A stretch of 64,000 nt of DNA from an uncultured Candidatus Saccharibacteria bacterium (GTDB lineage Bacteria > Patescibacteriota > Minisyncoccia > Phycocordibacterales > UBA9973), in contig CAYPQU010000002.1 in NCBI GenBank assembly GCA_964412965.1, positions 26,004 to 90,003 on the forward strand, given 5' to 3'. The translations under genes and the position numbers were made by a program. The notes beneath the pieces were generated by a model. It was given only the letters and a program-made list of their open reading frames with translations. It was not told the DNA's origin and searched no databases. Below are positions 37,892 through 48,090 of the stretch, piece by piece; within the stretch, counting starts at the first letter, position 1; the number at the start of each line of letters is the position of its first letter.

Positions 37892-38581
37892 ATGATAGAA
37901 GTAATACCTGCAATTTTAGTAAAAAATTTTGATGAGCTAAAAGAAAAATTAGCTATTTATAAAAATATCTCTAAATTAGTTCAAGTAGATGTTTGTGATG
38001 GGGTTTTTGTAGACACCATCTCGTGGCCTATGAGTAAAAATGACGCTGAAAGCCTTTCTGTTATTTTAGACGAAGAAGAAGGTATGCCTTATTGGACAGA
38101 AATAGATTTTGAATTTGATCTAATGATTAAAAATGCTCATGAACAATTTGATGTTTTTATTCAACTAGGCGCCAAAAGAATTGTTTTTCATCTAGAAGCT
38201 GAAGAAGAAGAAACGTTTAGAGATTTTTTAGAATCTATTGATCCATACACTAGAGATAACGTAGAAATTGGCCTAGCTATCAACACAACTACCAACACAG
38301 AAAAATTAGATAAATTTATAAACTACATTGATTTTATACAATGTATGGGAATTGAAAATATAGGCTTACAAGGACAACCTTTTGATTCCAGGGTTTTAAA
38401 TCAAATATCTACTATCCATAAAAAATATCCAGAAATGCCAATTAGTATTGATGGTAGCGTCAACGAAGAAACAGCAGAAAGTCTTGTAGACAAAGGAGCT
38501 TCAAGGCTTGTAATAGGATCAGCACTTTTGAAAACCTATAACATTAAAAATAAAATATTGGAATTTGAAAACCTGGCTTAA
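37892..38581 (+). CDS. rpe: ribulose-phosphate 3-epimerase-like TIM barrel (divergent)
   Basis: IPAIL..NFDELKEKL....VQVDVCDGVFV..ISWP parallels RPE (IAPSILSADF....HVDVMDG.FVPN). Sits in a pentose-phosphate gene neighbourhood. Confidence 0.55.
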   Translation: MIEVIPAILVKNFDELKEKLAIYKNISKLVQVDVCDGVFVDTISWPMSKNDAESLSVILDEEEGMPYWTEIDFEFDLMIKNAHEQFDVFIQLGAKRIVFHLEAEEEETFRDFLESIDPYTRDNVEIGLAINTTTNTEKLDKFINYIDFIQCMGIENIGLQGQPFDSRVLNQISTIHKKYPEMPISIDGSVNEETAESLVDKGASRLVIGSALLKTYNIKNKILEFENLA

Positions 38582-39531
38582 GTGTTCAATATTAACTCTG
38601 TACAGACAAAAAGCCCCCAAAAGAAAACAAGAAGAACTGCTTCGCTTCGTGTCAAACTCTTTCCCGTTCTCATTAAATAGAACAAAAGAAAAGCTGCTGC
38701 GACCATAAATAAACCGGCAACATAGACTATTTTTTGAGGAAAAGCAAATGGGTTTATCAAAGCTAACAAGCCTATAACAATAGTAGCATCTGCCAAGACC
38801 GTACCAAGGACATCTCCTATAGCCAAAGAATCTTGATTATTCTTAACAGCAGAGAGACAGAAAAAAAGTTCCGGCATAGTTGTTCCTAATCCTATAAAAA
38901 ATAGGCCGATTATGACTTTGTTTATATTCAACATAATTGCTATTTCTACACCTGAACTGACTATAAAATGAGATCCCAGCAAAAGAAGTATTAGAGATAA
39001 AATCAAGAACAAAAAATCTAGTTTATTTGTGTTGTCTTTTTGTGGCACAGGCTTACTATTACCCATTGACAATCTTTTGTTTTTTTGATCATTTTTAAAA
39101 GATAAAATATAAAATATAACCCCGGATAATATCAGAGCCAGACCTTCTATCCTAGAGTAAAAACCATCTACCCCTAGAGCAATAGGAATAAGGAGAATAA
39201 AAGGATATATTACTGTATCTTTAAGAATATGGCTCTCTATTTTTAAAGACCTTCTAGCATACAAAACTGTTATCGCAAATATCAAGGTAAGGTCAGCAAA
39301 ATTAGAACCAAAAATAGTCCCTAACCCCATAGATGGGACGTTTTGAATTGCCGAATTTATTACTACCAAGGTTTCTGGGATTATTCCTATAACTGCAACA
39401 ATAAAAAAACCGACGATGTACTTAGATAAATTAAAAGATGATGCTATCTTAGAAGAATATTTAATAGCAAGCGTAGAACCTTTAATAATAAAAAACAAAG
39501 ATACAAAAAAAATAAACAAATTTTCTATCAT
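38578..39531 (-). CDS. CaCA-family cation/Ca2+ antiporter (YrbG-like)
   Basis: About 10 TM helices with two alpha repeats containing GTIFGSNFADL and LGTTMPEL. Confidence 0.7.
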   Translation of the reverse strand: MIENLFIFFVSLFFIIKGSTLAIKYSSKIASSFNLSKYIVGFFIVAVIGIIPETLVVINSAIQNVPSMGLGTIFGSNFADLTLIFAITVLYARRSLKIESHILKDTVIYPFILLIPIALGVDGFYSRIEGLALILSGVIFYILSFKNDQKNKRLSMGNSKPVPQKDNTNKLDFLFLILSLILLLLGSHFIVSSGVEIAIMLNINKVIIGLFFIGLGTTMPELFFCLSAVKNNQDSLAIGDVLGTVLADATIVIGLLALINPFAFPQKIVYVAGLFMVAAAFLLFYLMRTGKSLTRSEAVLLVFFWGLFVCTELILNT

Positions 39532-39607
39532 ATGAAACTATTATACTAAACTAATTTCTTTTGACAAATTCTAGTTTTTTATATTTATTTTTGTTAAAAT
39601 ATAATTA

Positions 39608-40444
39608 ATGGAAACAATAAGTGACGCAACTGTAAAAGAATTAAAGAAGATAGCAAATGATATTCGAAAAAAGATTATCGAAATATTAGCTGTAGCTGGG
39701 TCAGGACACACTGCTGGATCTCTGGGAATGGCAGACATTTTGACTTTGTTGTATTTTTATGCCCTAAAACACGATCCCAAAAATCCAAGCTGGGAAAGAA
39801 GGGACCGCCTAATACTATCAAATGGGCACATATGTCCTGTTTTGTACGCTACCATGGCCAAGTCAGGTTATTTTCCCGAAGAAGAGCTTTTAACTCTACG
39901 CAAACTAGGATCACGATTGCAAGGACATCCACACAAAGAGTTCATGCCCTGGATTGAAACTTCTTCGGGTCCACTGGGATCAGGGTTATCTCAAGCTGTA
40001 GGAATGGCAATTGTTGATAAAATTTATGACGGGAATAAAACTTTTTACGCATTATTGTCAGACGGTGAACTAAATGAGGGTAATACTTGGGAAGCAATTC
40101 TTTTGGCCACTAAATACAAATTAAATAATTTAATTATTATTATTGATCGCAATCATATCCAAATAGGAGGTAATACCGAAAAGGTTTTACCTTTAGAAGA
40201 TCTAAAAGATAAATTTAAAGCATTTAACTGTTTTACCAATGAAATAGATGGACATAATTTTAGAGAAATTAACAACGCTATTTATCAAGCAAAGAAAAAT
40301 ACAGCTGGAGTCTCTGTTGTAATAGCCAAGACCATTCCGAGCAAGGGGGTTAAAAACTGGGAAAATGATTTTACTTGGCACGGCAGGGCTCCCACAAAAG
40401 AAGAAGCATTAAAAGCAATCATTGAACTAGAAAATCATGCTTAA
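39608..40444 (+). CDS. transketolase, N-terminal subunit (split enzyme; TPP-binding)
   Basis: LYFYALKHDPKNPSWERRDRLILSNGHICPVLYA, GSLGMADIL and the GDG-type TPP motif LSDGELNEGN. Confidence 0.85.
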   Translation: METISDATVKELKKIANDIRKKIIEILAVAGSGHTAGSLGMADILTLLYFYALKHDPKNPSWERRDRLILSNGHICPVLYATMAKSGYFPEEELLTLRKLGSRLQGHPHKEFMPWIETSSGPLGSGLSQAVGMAIVDKIYDGNKTFYALLSDGELNEGNTWEAILLATKYKLNNLIIIIDRNHIQIGGNTEKVLPLEDLKDKFKAFNCFTNEIDGHNFREINNAIYQAKKNTAGVSVVIAKTIPSKGVKNWENDFTWHGRAPTKEEALKAIIELENHA

Positions 40445-41444
40445 CCAAAAATTAAAACTAAATACAAAATTATTTAATCCTGATGTAGAGAAAAAAACAA
40501 CCAGACGAGGTTTTGATGAAGCAATAACTAAACTAGGTGGCGAAAATCCAAATATTATAGCAATAAGTGCTGATCTAAGAGACTCTGTTGGATTGAAAAA
40601 TTTTTCCGAAAGGTTCCCAGAAAGATTCATAGAAGTTGGTGTAGCAGAACAAAATATGGCTGGGGTCGCAAGTGGAGTAGCCGCTATGGGTAAAATTCCT
40701 TTCATGGCATCGTATGCTGTTTTCAGCCCAGGAAGAAACTGGGAGCAGATTCGTACAACTATTTGTTACAACAATCAACCTGTAAAAATAATTGGATCTC
40801 ACGCAGGGGTAACCGTTGGTCCTGATGGAGGAAGTCATCAAGCTTTAGAAGATATTGCAATAACTCGAGTCCTTCCTAATATGGTTGTTTTAAGTCCTTG
40901 CGACAAAATAGAAGCTCAAAAAACAGTTATCGCTTGCTCGTCAACCAAAAATCCAACTTACATAAGGCTTTCTCGTAACGATACTCCTGTTATCACAACA
41001 GAAGAAACTCCTTTTGAAATAGGCAAAGCTCAAGTTTACTATTTTCCAGAAATAGGACTTGCCAAAGTAGGGATAATAGCAACAGGACCTATTTTACACA
41101 GAGCACTTTTAGCAGCTCGTGAGCTAGAAAAAAGGGGGATTAAAACAAAAGTGATAAACCTCTCAACTATAAAGCCATTAGACGAAGAATCCATTCTATC
41201 GTTAGCAAAAGAAACAGGGGCTATTGTGACAGTTGAAGACCACCAAATATCAGGTGGAATGGGAAGTGCTGTGGCAGAGCTTCTTTCTAAAAAATATCCA
41301 GTGCCAATAGAATTTGTTGGTGTAGAAGATAAGTTTGGACAATCTGGTGCTCCTGAGGAACTCGAAAAAATATACAGGCTAGATACCGAATCTATAATCA
41401 AAAAAGTAGAGCTAATTGCTGTTAGAAAAATTAATCAATCCTAG
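40437..41444 (+). CDS. transketolase, C-terminal subunit (pyrimidine-binding and C-terminal domains)
   Basis: FIEVGVAEQNMAGVASG, GSHAGVTVGPDGGSHQALEDIAI; overlaps the N-terminal subunit gene by 8 nt. Confidence 0.85.
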   Translation: MLNQKLKLNTKLFNPDVEKKTTRRGFDEAITKLGGENPNIIAISADLRDSVGLKNFSERFPERFIEVGVAEQNMAGVASGVAAMGKIPFMASYAVFSPGRNWEQIRTTICYNNQPVKIIGSHAGVTVGPDGGSHQALEDIAITRVLPNMVVLSPCDKIEAQKTVIACSSTKNPTYIRLSRNDTPVITTEETPFEIGKAQVYYFPEIGLAKVGIIATGPILHRALLAARELEKRGIKTKVINLSTIKPLDEESILSLAKETGAIVTVEDHQISGGMGSAVAELLSKKYPVPIEFVGVEDKFGQSGAPEELEKIYRLDTESIIKKVELIAVRKINQS

Positions 41445-42447
41445 TAGGACAAGCATTGTTTCCAAGCTCTGTCTGTATTTTTTCTAATTGTTCCTTGTTT
41501 AATAATCCTTGATGAGGCCCAACAAATTGAACTACAGACTTAGAATTTATAGTGCCCCACACTAAAGCTTCCTCTATAGTTTTCTCATAAACTAAAGCGG
41601 AAACAAAAGCTCCTGAAAAAGCATCGCCAGCTCCAGTATTTTCAAGTGTTTTTGATTCTTCATAGAAAGATTTCATATATAGCATTTTCTCTCCATCAAA
41701 AGAATATGAGCCATTAACACCATCTGTGATAACCACAAGCTTTGGACCAAGTTTAAACATTTCCGATAGTAAAAATTTTATATCTTCATTATCTGTACTT
41801 AAAACTTTTTGAGATTCTTCCTTGTTCGAGAAAAATATATTGGCTCTTTTGTACAAATCTTTAAGCTTTTCAACTCCTAGTCTTATTTGAAACGTTCCTG
41901 GTTGTATAGCAAAAGAAACATCTGGATGATCATTTAAATATTTTAATATTTCTTCGTGATAAGTAAGGGAGTTAGAAGACAGGGAAGACAAATATATCCA
42001 GCGAGGAGTCTCTCTGATTTCAGGTAATTTATATGGATAATCTACGTGGTGAACCAAAATAGTTCTTTCTCCTTTATACCAAAGCACATAATGATAATTT
42101 GATTCCATATCTTTAATTATTTCGATATTAGAAGTATCTACATTTTCTTCTATGAGCTTTTCTATGTCTTTTGAACCTGTGTCATCATTACCAACATAAG
42201 AAACTAGACTTGTTTTGAGACCAAGCCTACTTCCAGCAATAGAAACATTTGAACTATTACCAACAGCAAAACACTCTAAAGCTGATTCGTAAGGGACCTT
42301 TCCCCCATAGTCTAAACACAAATTAAATTCATTACTATTTTTTTCTGGCTCTATTTCAGCCTCTTTGATTTTAATAAACGGCTCTGCCGCAATATCTCCT
42401 ATAGCCAAGATATCTACTTTGTTTTCCATATATTTATATTGTATCAT
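41431..42447 (-). CDS. PfkB-family carbohydrate/nucleoside kinase (ribokinase-like)
   Basis: N-terminal ILAIGD.AAEPF....GG and C-terminal DTTGAGD-type signature (LENTGAGDAFSGAFVSAL). Confidence 0.75.
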   Translation of the reverse strand: MIQYKYMENKVDILAIGDIAAEPFIKIKEAEIEPEKNSNEFNLCLDYGGKVPYESALECFAVGNSSNVSIAGSRLGLKTSLVSYVGNDDTGSKDIEKLIEENVDTSNIEIIKDMESNYHYVLWYKGERTILVHHVDYPYKLPEIRETPRWIYLSSLSSNSLTYHEEILKYLNDHPDVSFAIQPGTFQIRLGVEKLKDLYKRANIFFSNKEESQKVLSTDNEDIKFLLSEMFKLGPKLVVITDGVNGSYSFDGEKMLYMKSFYEESKTLENTGAGDAFSGAFVSALVYEKTIEEALVWGTINSKSVVQFVGPHQGLLNKEQLEKIQTELGNNACPTRID

Positions 42448-42468
42448 ATTGTGATATAATAAATAAGT

Positions 42469-43359
42469 ATGATTAAGTCATTACGAGAATACATAAAAGA
42501 GGCCGAGGCAAACAAAGTTGCTATTGGTCATTTCAATATTTCTAATTTAGAGGGATTAAAGGGAGTTTATGAAGGAGCTAAAAAAGTATCCGCTGATGTA
42601 GGTTATAAAATACCAATTATAATCGGGGTGTCAGAGCCAGAAGAGAACTTTATCGGAACAAACAAAATAGTGGTATTAATAAAAGAGATTAGAGAAAATG
42701 ATAATTATCCTATCTTTCTAAATGCTGACCATCACTATTCTTTTTCTTCAGTCAAAAAATGCATAGATGCTGGTTTCGATTCTGTAATCATAGATGCTGT
42801 TAAATTACCCCTAGAAGAAAACATTTCTTTAACCAAAGAGTGTGTTGTCTACGCCAAAGAAATCTCAAGAAGGGAAGAGCGTGATATTTTAGTAGAATCT
42901 GAGATAGGTTTTATCGGGCAATCATCCAAAATACTAGAAAAAATTCCTGATGAAATAGATACAGAAAAATTAACAAAAACAGAGGATGCAGAATATTTTG
43001 CTAGGGAAACTGGAATAGACTTATTAGCACCTTCTGTCGGAAATATACATGGCATGATAAGGGGGGGGAATCCAAAATTAGACATTGAAAGAATAGCGTC
43101 AATAAGAACATCTTCCAACATACCACTCGTTTTGCATGGGGGTTCTGGTATAAGTGATGAAGATTTTGTTAAAGCCATAAATGCTGGTATAAGTATAATT
43201 CACATAAGTACTGAAATACGAGTTGCGTATAAGGAAGCATTATTGAAGGCAATAAAAGACAACCCAGACGAAATTGCTCCTTATCGATATCTAAAAAACG
43301 CCGTTGAAAAAATATCTGACGTGGTCGAAAAGCGAATCAGATTATTCAACAAATTATAA
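42469..43359 (+). CDS. fba: class II fructose-bisphosphate aldolase
   Basis: VAIGHFNISNLEG, LNADHHYSF, LHGGSGISDEDFVKAINAGISIIHISTE (Zn/aldolase II motifs). Confidence 0.85.
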   Translation: MIKSLREYIKEAEANKVAIGHFNISNLEGLKGVYEGAKKVSADVGYKIPIIIGVSEPEENFIGTNKIVVLIKEIRENDNYPIFLNADHHYSFSSVKKCIDAGFDSVIIDAVKLPLEENISLTKECVVYAKEISRREERDILVESEIGFIGQSSKILEKIPDEIDTEKLTKTEDAEYFARETGIDLLAPSVGNIHGMIRGGNPKLDIERIASIRTSSNIPLVLHGGSGISDEDFVKAINAGISIIHISTEIRVAYKEALLKAIKDNPDEIAPYRYLKNAVEKISDVVEKRIRLFNKL

Positions 43360-43391
43360 AATTAACAATAATATAAAAACAAAAAATAAAT

Positions 43392-43673
43392 ATGTTCAAT
43401 TTTTTAAAAAAATTAGAATCTCCGGTAACAGAAGAGCAAAATGAGGATTCAGTGATTGTAGATACTAGTTACAAAAACAATATAGAGAACATGGAGAAAA
43501 TAGATTACACCTCCCTTCTTAATGAAAACGAAATAGAATGGAAAAGAGAAGACGTAGAAGAAGCAAAAAACAAATTTGAATTAGTTAAAGACCAATTGTC
43601 CGAAGATTTTTCCTCAAAATCTTACAACGAAAGAATGGAAATTGTAAATCAAATTATTGAAAATCAAGCATAA
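43392..43673 (+). CDS. hypothetical acidic protein (93 aa)
   Basis: ORF only; no motif recognised. Confidence 0.3.
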   Translation: MFNFLKKLESPVTEEQNEDSVIVDTSYKNNIENMEKIDYTSLLNENEIEWKREDVEEAKNKFELVKDQLSEDFSSKSYNERMEIVNQIIENQA

Positions 43674-43679
43674 TAAAAC

Positions 43680-43997
43680 ATGCACTGGATTATTCCACTA
43701 GTCCTGTTAATAATATTCGAATCCCTGGCTGATATATTTGCCAAAGAATACTCAATCAAAGGACACTGGTATTTTTGGGTTGCCGGAATAATAGGATATA
43801 TTATAGCCAATACTTTTTGGTTGTCAGCAATTAAAAACGGATCACAATTAGGAAGAGGTGCAATTATTTTCTCTGTTGTTTCGGCTATCTTGGCTTTAAT
43901 AATTGGAGTTTATTTTTACCACGAAAATACTAATAAAATTCAGATTATTGGCATGATTCTAGGAATCGTGTCTATCGTTTTAATTTTTTGGGAATAA
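43680..43997 (+). CDS. small 4-TM transporter of the SMR/DMT type
   Basis: 105 aa with four hydrophobic helices and a conserved Glu in TM1 (FESLADIFAKE). Confidence 0.45.
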   Translation: MHWIIPLVLLIIFESLADIFAKEYSIKGHWYFWVAGIIGYIIANTFWLSAIKNGSQLGRGAIIFSVVSAILALIIGVYFYHENTNKIQIIGMILGIVSIVLIFWE

Positions 43998-44036
43998 CCA
44001 TTGCAAAATATAGCCTTTTGTGCTATCGTAATAAAC

Positions 44037-44669
44037 ATGAATAAATTAACCGCAACAATGCGAAGTAAAACAGACAAGCTTGTCGACATACGAAAGAGTG
44101 GTATGGTCCCAGCTGTTGTTTATGGCGCTCGTGTGGAAAACACTACAATTTCCGTACCGAGTCTCGACTTCGAAAAAACATTAAAAGCAGTGGGTGAATC
44201 AAGCACACTAACCCTAGAATTAAAAGATAAAAAAATTGAAGTTCTAATACACGAAATTCAAAGAGATCCAGTAAAAGGCTTTCCTTTACATGTTGATTTC
44301 TTGGCGATAGACGTTAATAAACCTATTGTTGTCATGATTCCTGTGGAGTTCGTGGGAATTGCACCAGCAGAAAAAAATGGGCTAGGAGTTTTAATTAAAA
44401 CACTTCATGAAATAGAAGTGGAGGCTCTTCCAAAAGATCTTCCATACAACATAGAAGTTGACTTGTCTGTTCTAGAAAATATTGACGATCAAATCAGGGT
44501 AGAAAGCATCAAGGCTTCAAACAATGTCACGATTAAAACTGATAGCGAAGAAGTGCTTGCGATTATTGCCCCTATGACAGAAGAGAAAACAGAAGAAACA
44601 CCTTCTGTGGATATCTCTTCAATAGAAGTAGAAAAAAAGGGTAAAAAAGAAGAAGAAACTGACAAATAA
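44037..44669 (+). CDS. rplY: 50S ribosomal protein L25 (Ctc form)
   Basis: R....SGMVPAVVYG, VLIHEIQRDPVKGFPLHVDFLAIDVNKPIVVMIPVEFVG and an acidic C-terminal extension. ATG at 44037; the ORF track uses the TTG at 44001. Confidence 0.75.
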   Translation: MNKLTATMRSKTDKLVDIRKSGMVPAVVYGARVENTTISVPSLDFEKTLKAVGESSTLTLELKDKKIEVLIHEIQRDPVKGFPLHVDFLAIDVNKPIVVMIPVEFVGIAPAEKNGLGVLIKTLHEIEVEALPKDLPYNIEVDLSVLENIDDQIRVESIKASNNVTIKTDSEEVLAIIAPMTEEKTEETPSVDISSIEVEKKGKKEEETDK

Positions 44670-44682
44670 TACAATTAACAAT

Positions 44683-44715
44683 AAAACCCCTTTAATCTTA
44701 AGGGGTTTTATTGTT
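44683..44715 (+). terminator. intrinsic terminator after rplY (aaaacccctt...aaggggtttt)
   Basis: Seen directly. Confidence 0.7.
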
Positions 44716-44752
44716 AATTGTGAACTTCCTATCTAGTTGCTATAATAGATTC

Positions 44753-46216
44753 ATGAGTTTTTATAAAAGAAAGCGTTTTTCATTTTTGTTAATTTTTATT
44801 TTTATTTTAGGGATCTTTTTAAGTGGACAAGTCTTTGCTGATGTACTATTAGAGAATGCTCAAGCTGACAAACAAAAGTTAGAAGCAGAACTGGCTAATT
44901 TGGAAAAAGAAATTGCCGCCAAACAAAAAGAACTAGACAAACAAAAAGGACAATCAGTGTCATTGTCTCGGGATATTTCTATATTAAGTGCACAAATTGA
45001 GAAATCAAAATTAGATATTAGAGCAAAAAATCTTGTTATTCAAAAACTAGGAGGAGAAATTACAGCAAAAAACAAAAAAATAGAAGCTCTATCTACTAAA
45101 CTATCAAAAGAAAAAGAATCACTAGCTCAGCTGATTAGAAAAGAAAGACAACTAGATGATAAATCTATAGTTTCTGTGATTTTGTCACAAGACAGAATCT
45201 CTGATGCTTACGGAGATATAGTTTCTTTTGGAGCAATCAAAAAAGGTATTCAGTCGTCAATAGACGAGATTAGAGGAGTGAGAACCATGACAGAAGCTGA
45301 AAGAAAAAGCTTAGAAGAAAAGAAGAACCTGGAAACAGACACTAAAGCTGAATTAGAGAATGCTAAAGCTAAAGTGGAAACAAGCGAAGCAGAAAAACAA
45401 AGACTTCTCTCAATAAGTAAAAACAAAGAAACAGAATATCAAAAAATACTTGCCGAAAAAGCAAAAAAAAGAGCAGAAATATTAGCTGCCATCTTTAATC
45501 TTGTAGGCGGAAACAAGCAGATAAACTTCGAAACAGCTTTAGTCTATGCCCGGGAGGCGCAAAAACTAACAGGCATAGACCCAGCTTTTTTGTTGGCTAT
45601 TTTGACTCAAGAAAGTAATTTAGGTGAAAATGTTGGACAATGTTATTTAACAGACACAACGACAGGAAACGGAAAGGGGGCTAATACAGGTAGTGCTCAA
45701 AAAAGAGTAATGAGCCCAACCAGAGATGTACCAGTGTTCCTAGATATTGTCTCTAAGCTTGGTTTAGATTATTCAACGACTAGAGTTTCTTGTTGGATAC
45801 CGATGTATAGAACTAAATATGATGAAAAACTTAAAAAATATGTGACAGACTATAGTCAACCTTACGGATGGGGTGGGGCTATGGGGCCAGCCCAGTTCAT
45901 TCCTTCAACATGGAAAATGTTTGAATCCCGCCTAAAAACAGTTCTTGGCTATAACGCCAGTCCTTGGAATCCCAAAGATGCTTTTACAGCATCTGCTATG
46001 TACCTCACCGACTTAGGAGCTATCGGTAATAGTTCTAGCGCCCAAATAAAAGCAGCTTGCAGGTATTATGGGACTGGTTTAAACCAAATATACAACGAAA
46101 AAACAAAAAAATATGAAACAGCTAAAAGTGGCTCCGGGACTACTTGTTCATACGGCAGAAGCGTTATAGGTCATAAAACAAAAATTCAAGCCAATATCGA
46201 TCTGTTGCAAGATTAG
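44753..46216 (+). CDS. membrane-anchored coiled-coil protein with a C-terminal lysozyme-like domain (SLT/lytic-transglycosylase-like)
   Basis: TM FSFLLIFIFILGIFLSG, ~230 aa of coiled coil, then GIDPAFLLAILTQESNLGENVGQCYL (E-S catalytic pair context). GCTATAAT is 7 nt before the ATG at 44753, so the mRNA may be leaderless. Confidence 0.5.
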   Translation: MSFYKRKRFSFLLIFIFILGIFLSGQVFADVLLENAQADKQKLEAELANLEKEIAAKQKELDKQKGQSVSLSRDISILSAQIEKSKLDIRAKNLVIQKLGGEITAKNKKIEALSTKLSKEKESLAQLIRKERQLDDKSIVSVILSQDRISDAYGDIVSFGAIKKGIQSSIDEIRGVRTMTEAERKSLEEKKNLETDTKAELENAKAKVETSEAEKQRLLSISKNKETEYQKILAEKAKKRAEILAAIFNLVGGNKQINFETALVYAREAQKLTGIDPAFLLAILTQESNLGENVGQCYLTDTTTGNGKGANTGSAQKRVMSPTRDVPVFLDIVSKLGLDYSTTRVSCWIPMYRTKYDEKLKKYVTDYSQPYGWGGAMGPAQFIPSTWKMFESRLKTVLGYNASPWNPKDAFTASAMYLTDLGAIGNSSSAQIKAACRYYGTGLNQIYNEKTKKYETAKSGSGTTCSYGRSVIGHKTKIQANIDLLQD

Positions 46217-46241
46217 TTATTTCGTGATAATATAACGTAAT

Positions 46242-46460
46242 ATGAAGAAAGATATACACCCAAAACATAACGATAAAGCAAACGTAAATTGTGCTTGCGG
46301 GGCGACATTTGCTGTTGGTTCTACCATGGATGATATTCATGTTGAAATATGTAGTCAATGCCATCCTTTTTATACAGGTAATGAAAAAATCCTAGACACA
46401 GCTGGAAGAGTTGATAGATTCAAGAAGAGAGTAGCACTAGCTGATAAAAAGAAGAAATAA
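46242..46460 (+). CDS. rpmE: 50S ribosomal protein L31
   Basis: MKKDIHPKH.....C.CG..F.....[18 protein letters not shown] (Zn-ribbon form). Confidence 0.9.
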   Translation: MKKDIHPKHNDKANVNCACGATFAVGSTMDDIHVEICSQCHPFYTGNEKILDTAGRVDRFKKRVALADKKKK

Positions 46461-46476
46461 ATTGCAAGTTATTAAT

Positions 46477-46506
46477 AAAAAGCTCTTTCGGGCTTTTTAT
46501 TTTTGC
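46477..46506 (+). terminator. intrinsic terminator after rpmE (aagctc-tttc-gggctt plus T-run)
   Basis: Seen directly; one G-U pair in the stem. Confidence 0.5.
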
Positions 46507-46548
46507 AATTAAAGGTATAATTATTATTGTATTTAAAAACTTTTACCA

Positions 46549-47520
46549 ATGGAATTAGACATAGAACAACTAAAGAAAAATTATAAAACTAGTTATTTCG
46601 CAGAAGAGTACGAGCGTCTTTTGGGTGAAGAAGAAAAAATAAACGAGATGATTAAGTCAGATGAAAGTCTAAAGGAACTAGCAACTGAGGAAATTCAGAA
46701 TTTAAATTTTCAGAAAGAAGCTATACAAAGACAAGTAGAAGAAATATTGAAAAAAGAAGAGGAAGAAGAGGAATTCCCTAATGAAATAATTATGGAGATC
46801 AGGGCTGGCGCAGGAGGAGATGAAGCTTCTTTGTTTGCCTGGGAATTAGCCAGAATGTATGAAAAGTATGTTGAAAAATTAAGATGGAATTGGAAAATTT
46901 TAGACGAATCAATAAATGATGTCGGAGGATACAAAGAGGCTACTTTTGAGATAAAAGGGCAAGATTCTTATAAAATCCTTCGCTTTGAAACTGGAGTTCA
47001 TCGAGTTCAAAGAGTTCCTGCAACTGAAAAGAACGGGAGGATACATACTTCCACAGCTTCTGTTGCTATTTTACCAATCAGAAAGAAAACTAATGTGGTA
47101 ATCAATCCTGCTGATATAGAGATAGAATATTCTCGTTCTGGGGGAGCAGGAGGGCAGAACGTTAACAAAGTTGAAACAGCGGTTCGCCTTATTCATAAGC
47201 CAACAGGGGTGGATGTTCGTTGCACTACAGAAAGAAAACAATTGGATAACAGAGAAAAAGCCATGGAAATCTTGACTTCAAAATTACAGATGATGAAAGA
47301 CCAAGAAGAAGAAAAAAAATATGCTAGCGATAGGAAAAATCAAATTGGAACAAATGACAGAAGTGAAAAAATAAGAACCTATAATTTTCCTCAAGACAGA
47401 ATCACCGACCACAGAATAAAGCAATCTTGGTCAAATATTCCAAATATCATGAATGGCAATATTGACAAGATAATAGAAGCTCTTTCGTCGGGAGAAGTGG
47501 GGGACGCGGACGATGAATAA
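46549..47520 (+). CDS. prfA: peptide chain release factor 1
   Basis: GGQ motif ([17 protein letters not shown]) and the RF1-type PxT tripeptide context ([16 protein letters not shown]), not the SPF of RF2. Confidence 0.85.
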   Translation: MELDIEQLKKNYKTSYFAEEYERLLGEEEKINEMIKSDESLKELATEEIQNLNFQKEAIQRQVEEILKKEEEEEEFPNEIIMEIRAGAGGDEASLFAWELARMYEKYVEKLRWNWKILDESINDVGGYKEATFEIKGQDSYKILRFETGVHRVQRVPATEKNGRIHTSTASVAILPIRKKTNVVINPADIEIEYSRSGGAGGQNVNKVETAVRLIHKPTGVDVRCTTERKQLDNREKAMEILTSKLQMMKDQEEEKKYASDRKNQIGTNDRSEKIRTYNFPQDRITDHRIKQSWSNIPNIMNGNIDKIIEALSSGEVGDADDE

Positions 47521-47523
47521 AGT

Positions 47524-47551
47524 TTGACAAAAACAATCTTTCTTGTAAAAT
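47524..47551 (+). promoter_or_regulatory. sigma70-type promoter (TTGACA-16-TAAAAT) with strong SD aaaggaggtgag for the downstream small ORF
   Basis: Seen directly. Confidence 0.45.
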
Positions 47552-47579
47552 TAATTCTAAATCAAAAAGGAGGTGAGAA

Positions 47580-47810
47580 ATGAAAAAAGAACGAGAATTT
47601 AATTTTTCCAACATTACATTAATCCTTGTGGGTGCTATTGTTCTATTCTTGGGGATAATCCTTATCGCAAACTTGACTCCTGTAAACAAATGGACTGAAT
47701 TCCATGAGTTTCTTAAGGGTTACGGAGCTAATGCAGCTCTAATCTTAGGTGGAACCATATCACTAATAGGCATGATGCTCATTTTTGTCTCTCTTAAAAC
47801 CAACAAGTAG
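47580..47810 (+). CDS. hypothetical small membrane protein (76 aa, 2 TM)
   Basis: Strong RBS/promoter context and two hydrophobic helices. Confidence 0.4.
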   Translation: MKKEREFNFSNITLILVGAIVLFLGIILIANLTPVNKWTEFHEFLKGYGANAALILGGTISLIGMMLIFVSLKTNK

Positions 47811-47833
47811 GAGAGTTTCTGAATCTTTAGGGT

Positions 47834-47868
47834 GAGCCTAGACTTTATCTAGGCTCATTTTGTTTTTG
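47834..47868 (+). terminator. intrinsic terminator (gagcctaga...tctaggctc plus T-run)
   Basis: Seen directly. Confidence 0.65.
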
Positions 47869-48090
47869 CTATTTTAAAGTATTTATGATATAATATATAG
47901 AGTAGTTAGCTTATGTTTTGGTATTAGTTTCATCCTTCGTATGTGTAAACATTGGGGTATGTAAATGAAATCGGGCTATGCGATTACATTTATAAGTTCT
48001 GACCTAGTGTCAGAATCCGACTTAAATCGGATTAGTTTAATTTTGCAATTCGGTATCTTGTGTAAAGTTTTGCAAATACAATTGTCATAT

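Noticed and set aside
47965-48090. N-terminal 42-aa extension of the RRM protein from the ATG at 47965
   Set aside because: The extension has no counterpart in bacterial RRM proteins and is encoded by hairpin-forming sequence. The conserved RNP-2 motif begins right after the ATG at 48091. Kept as an alternative in the findings.
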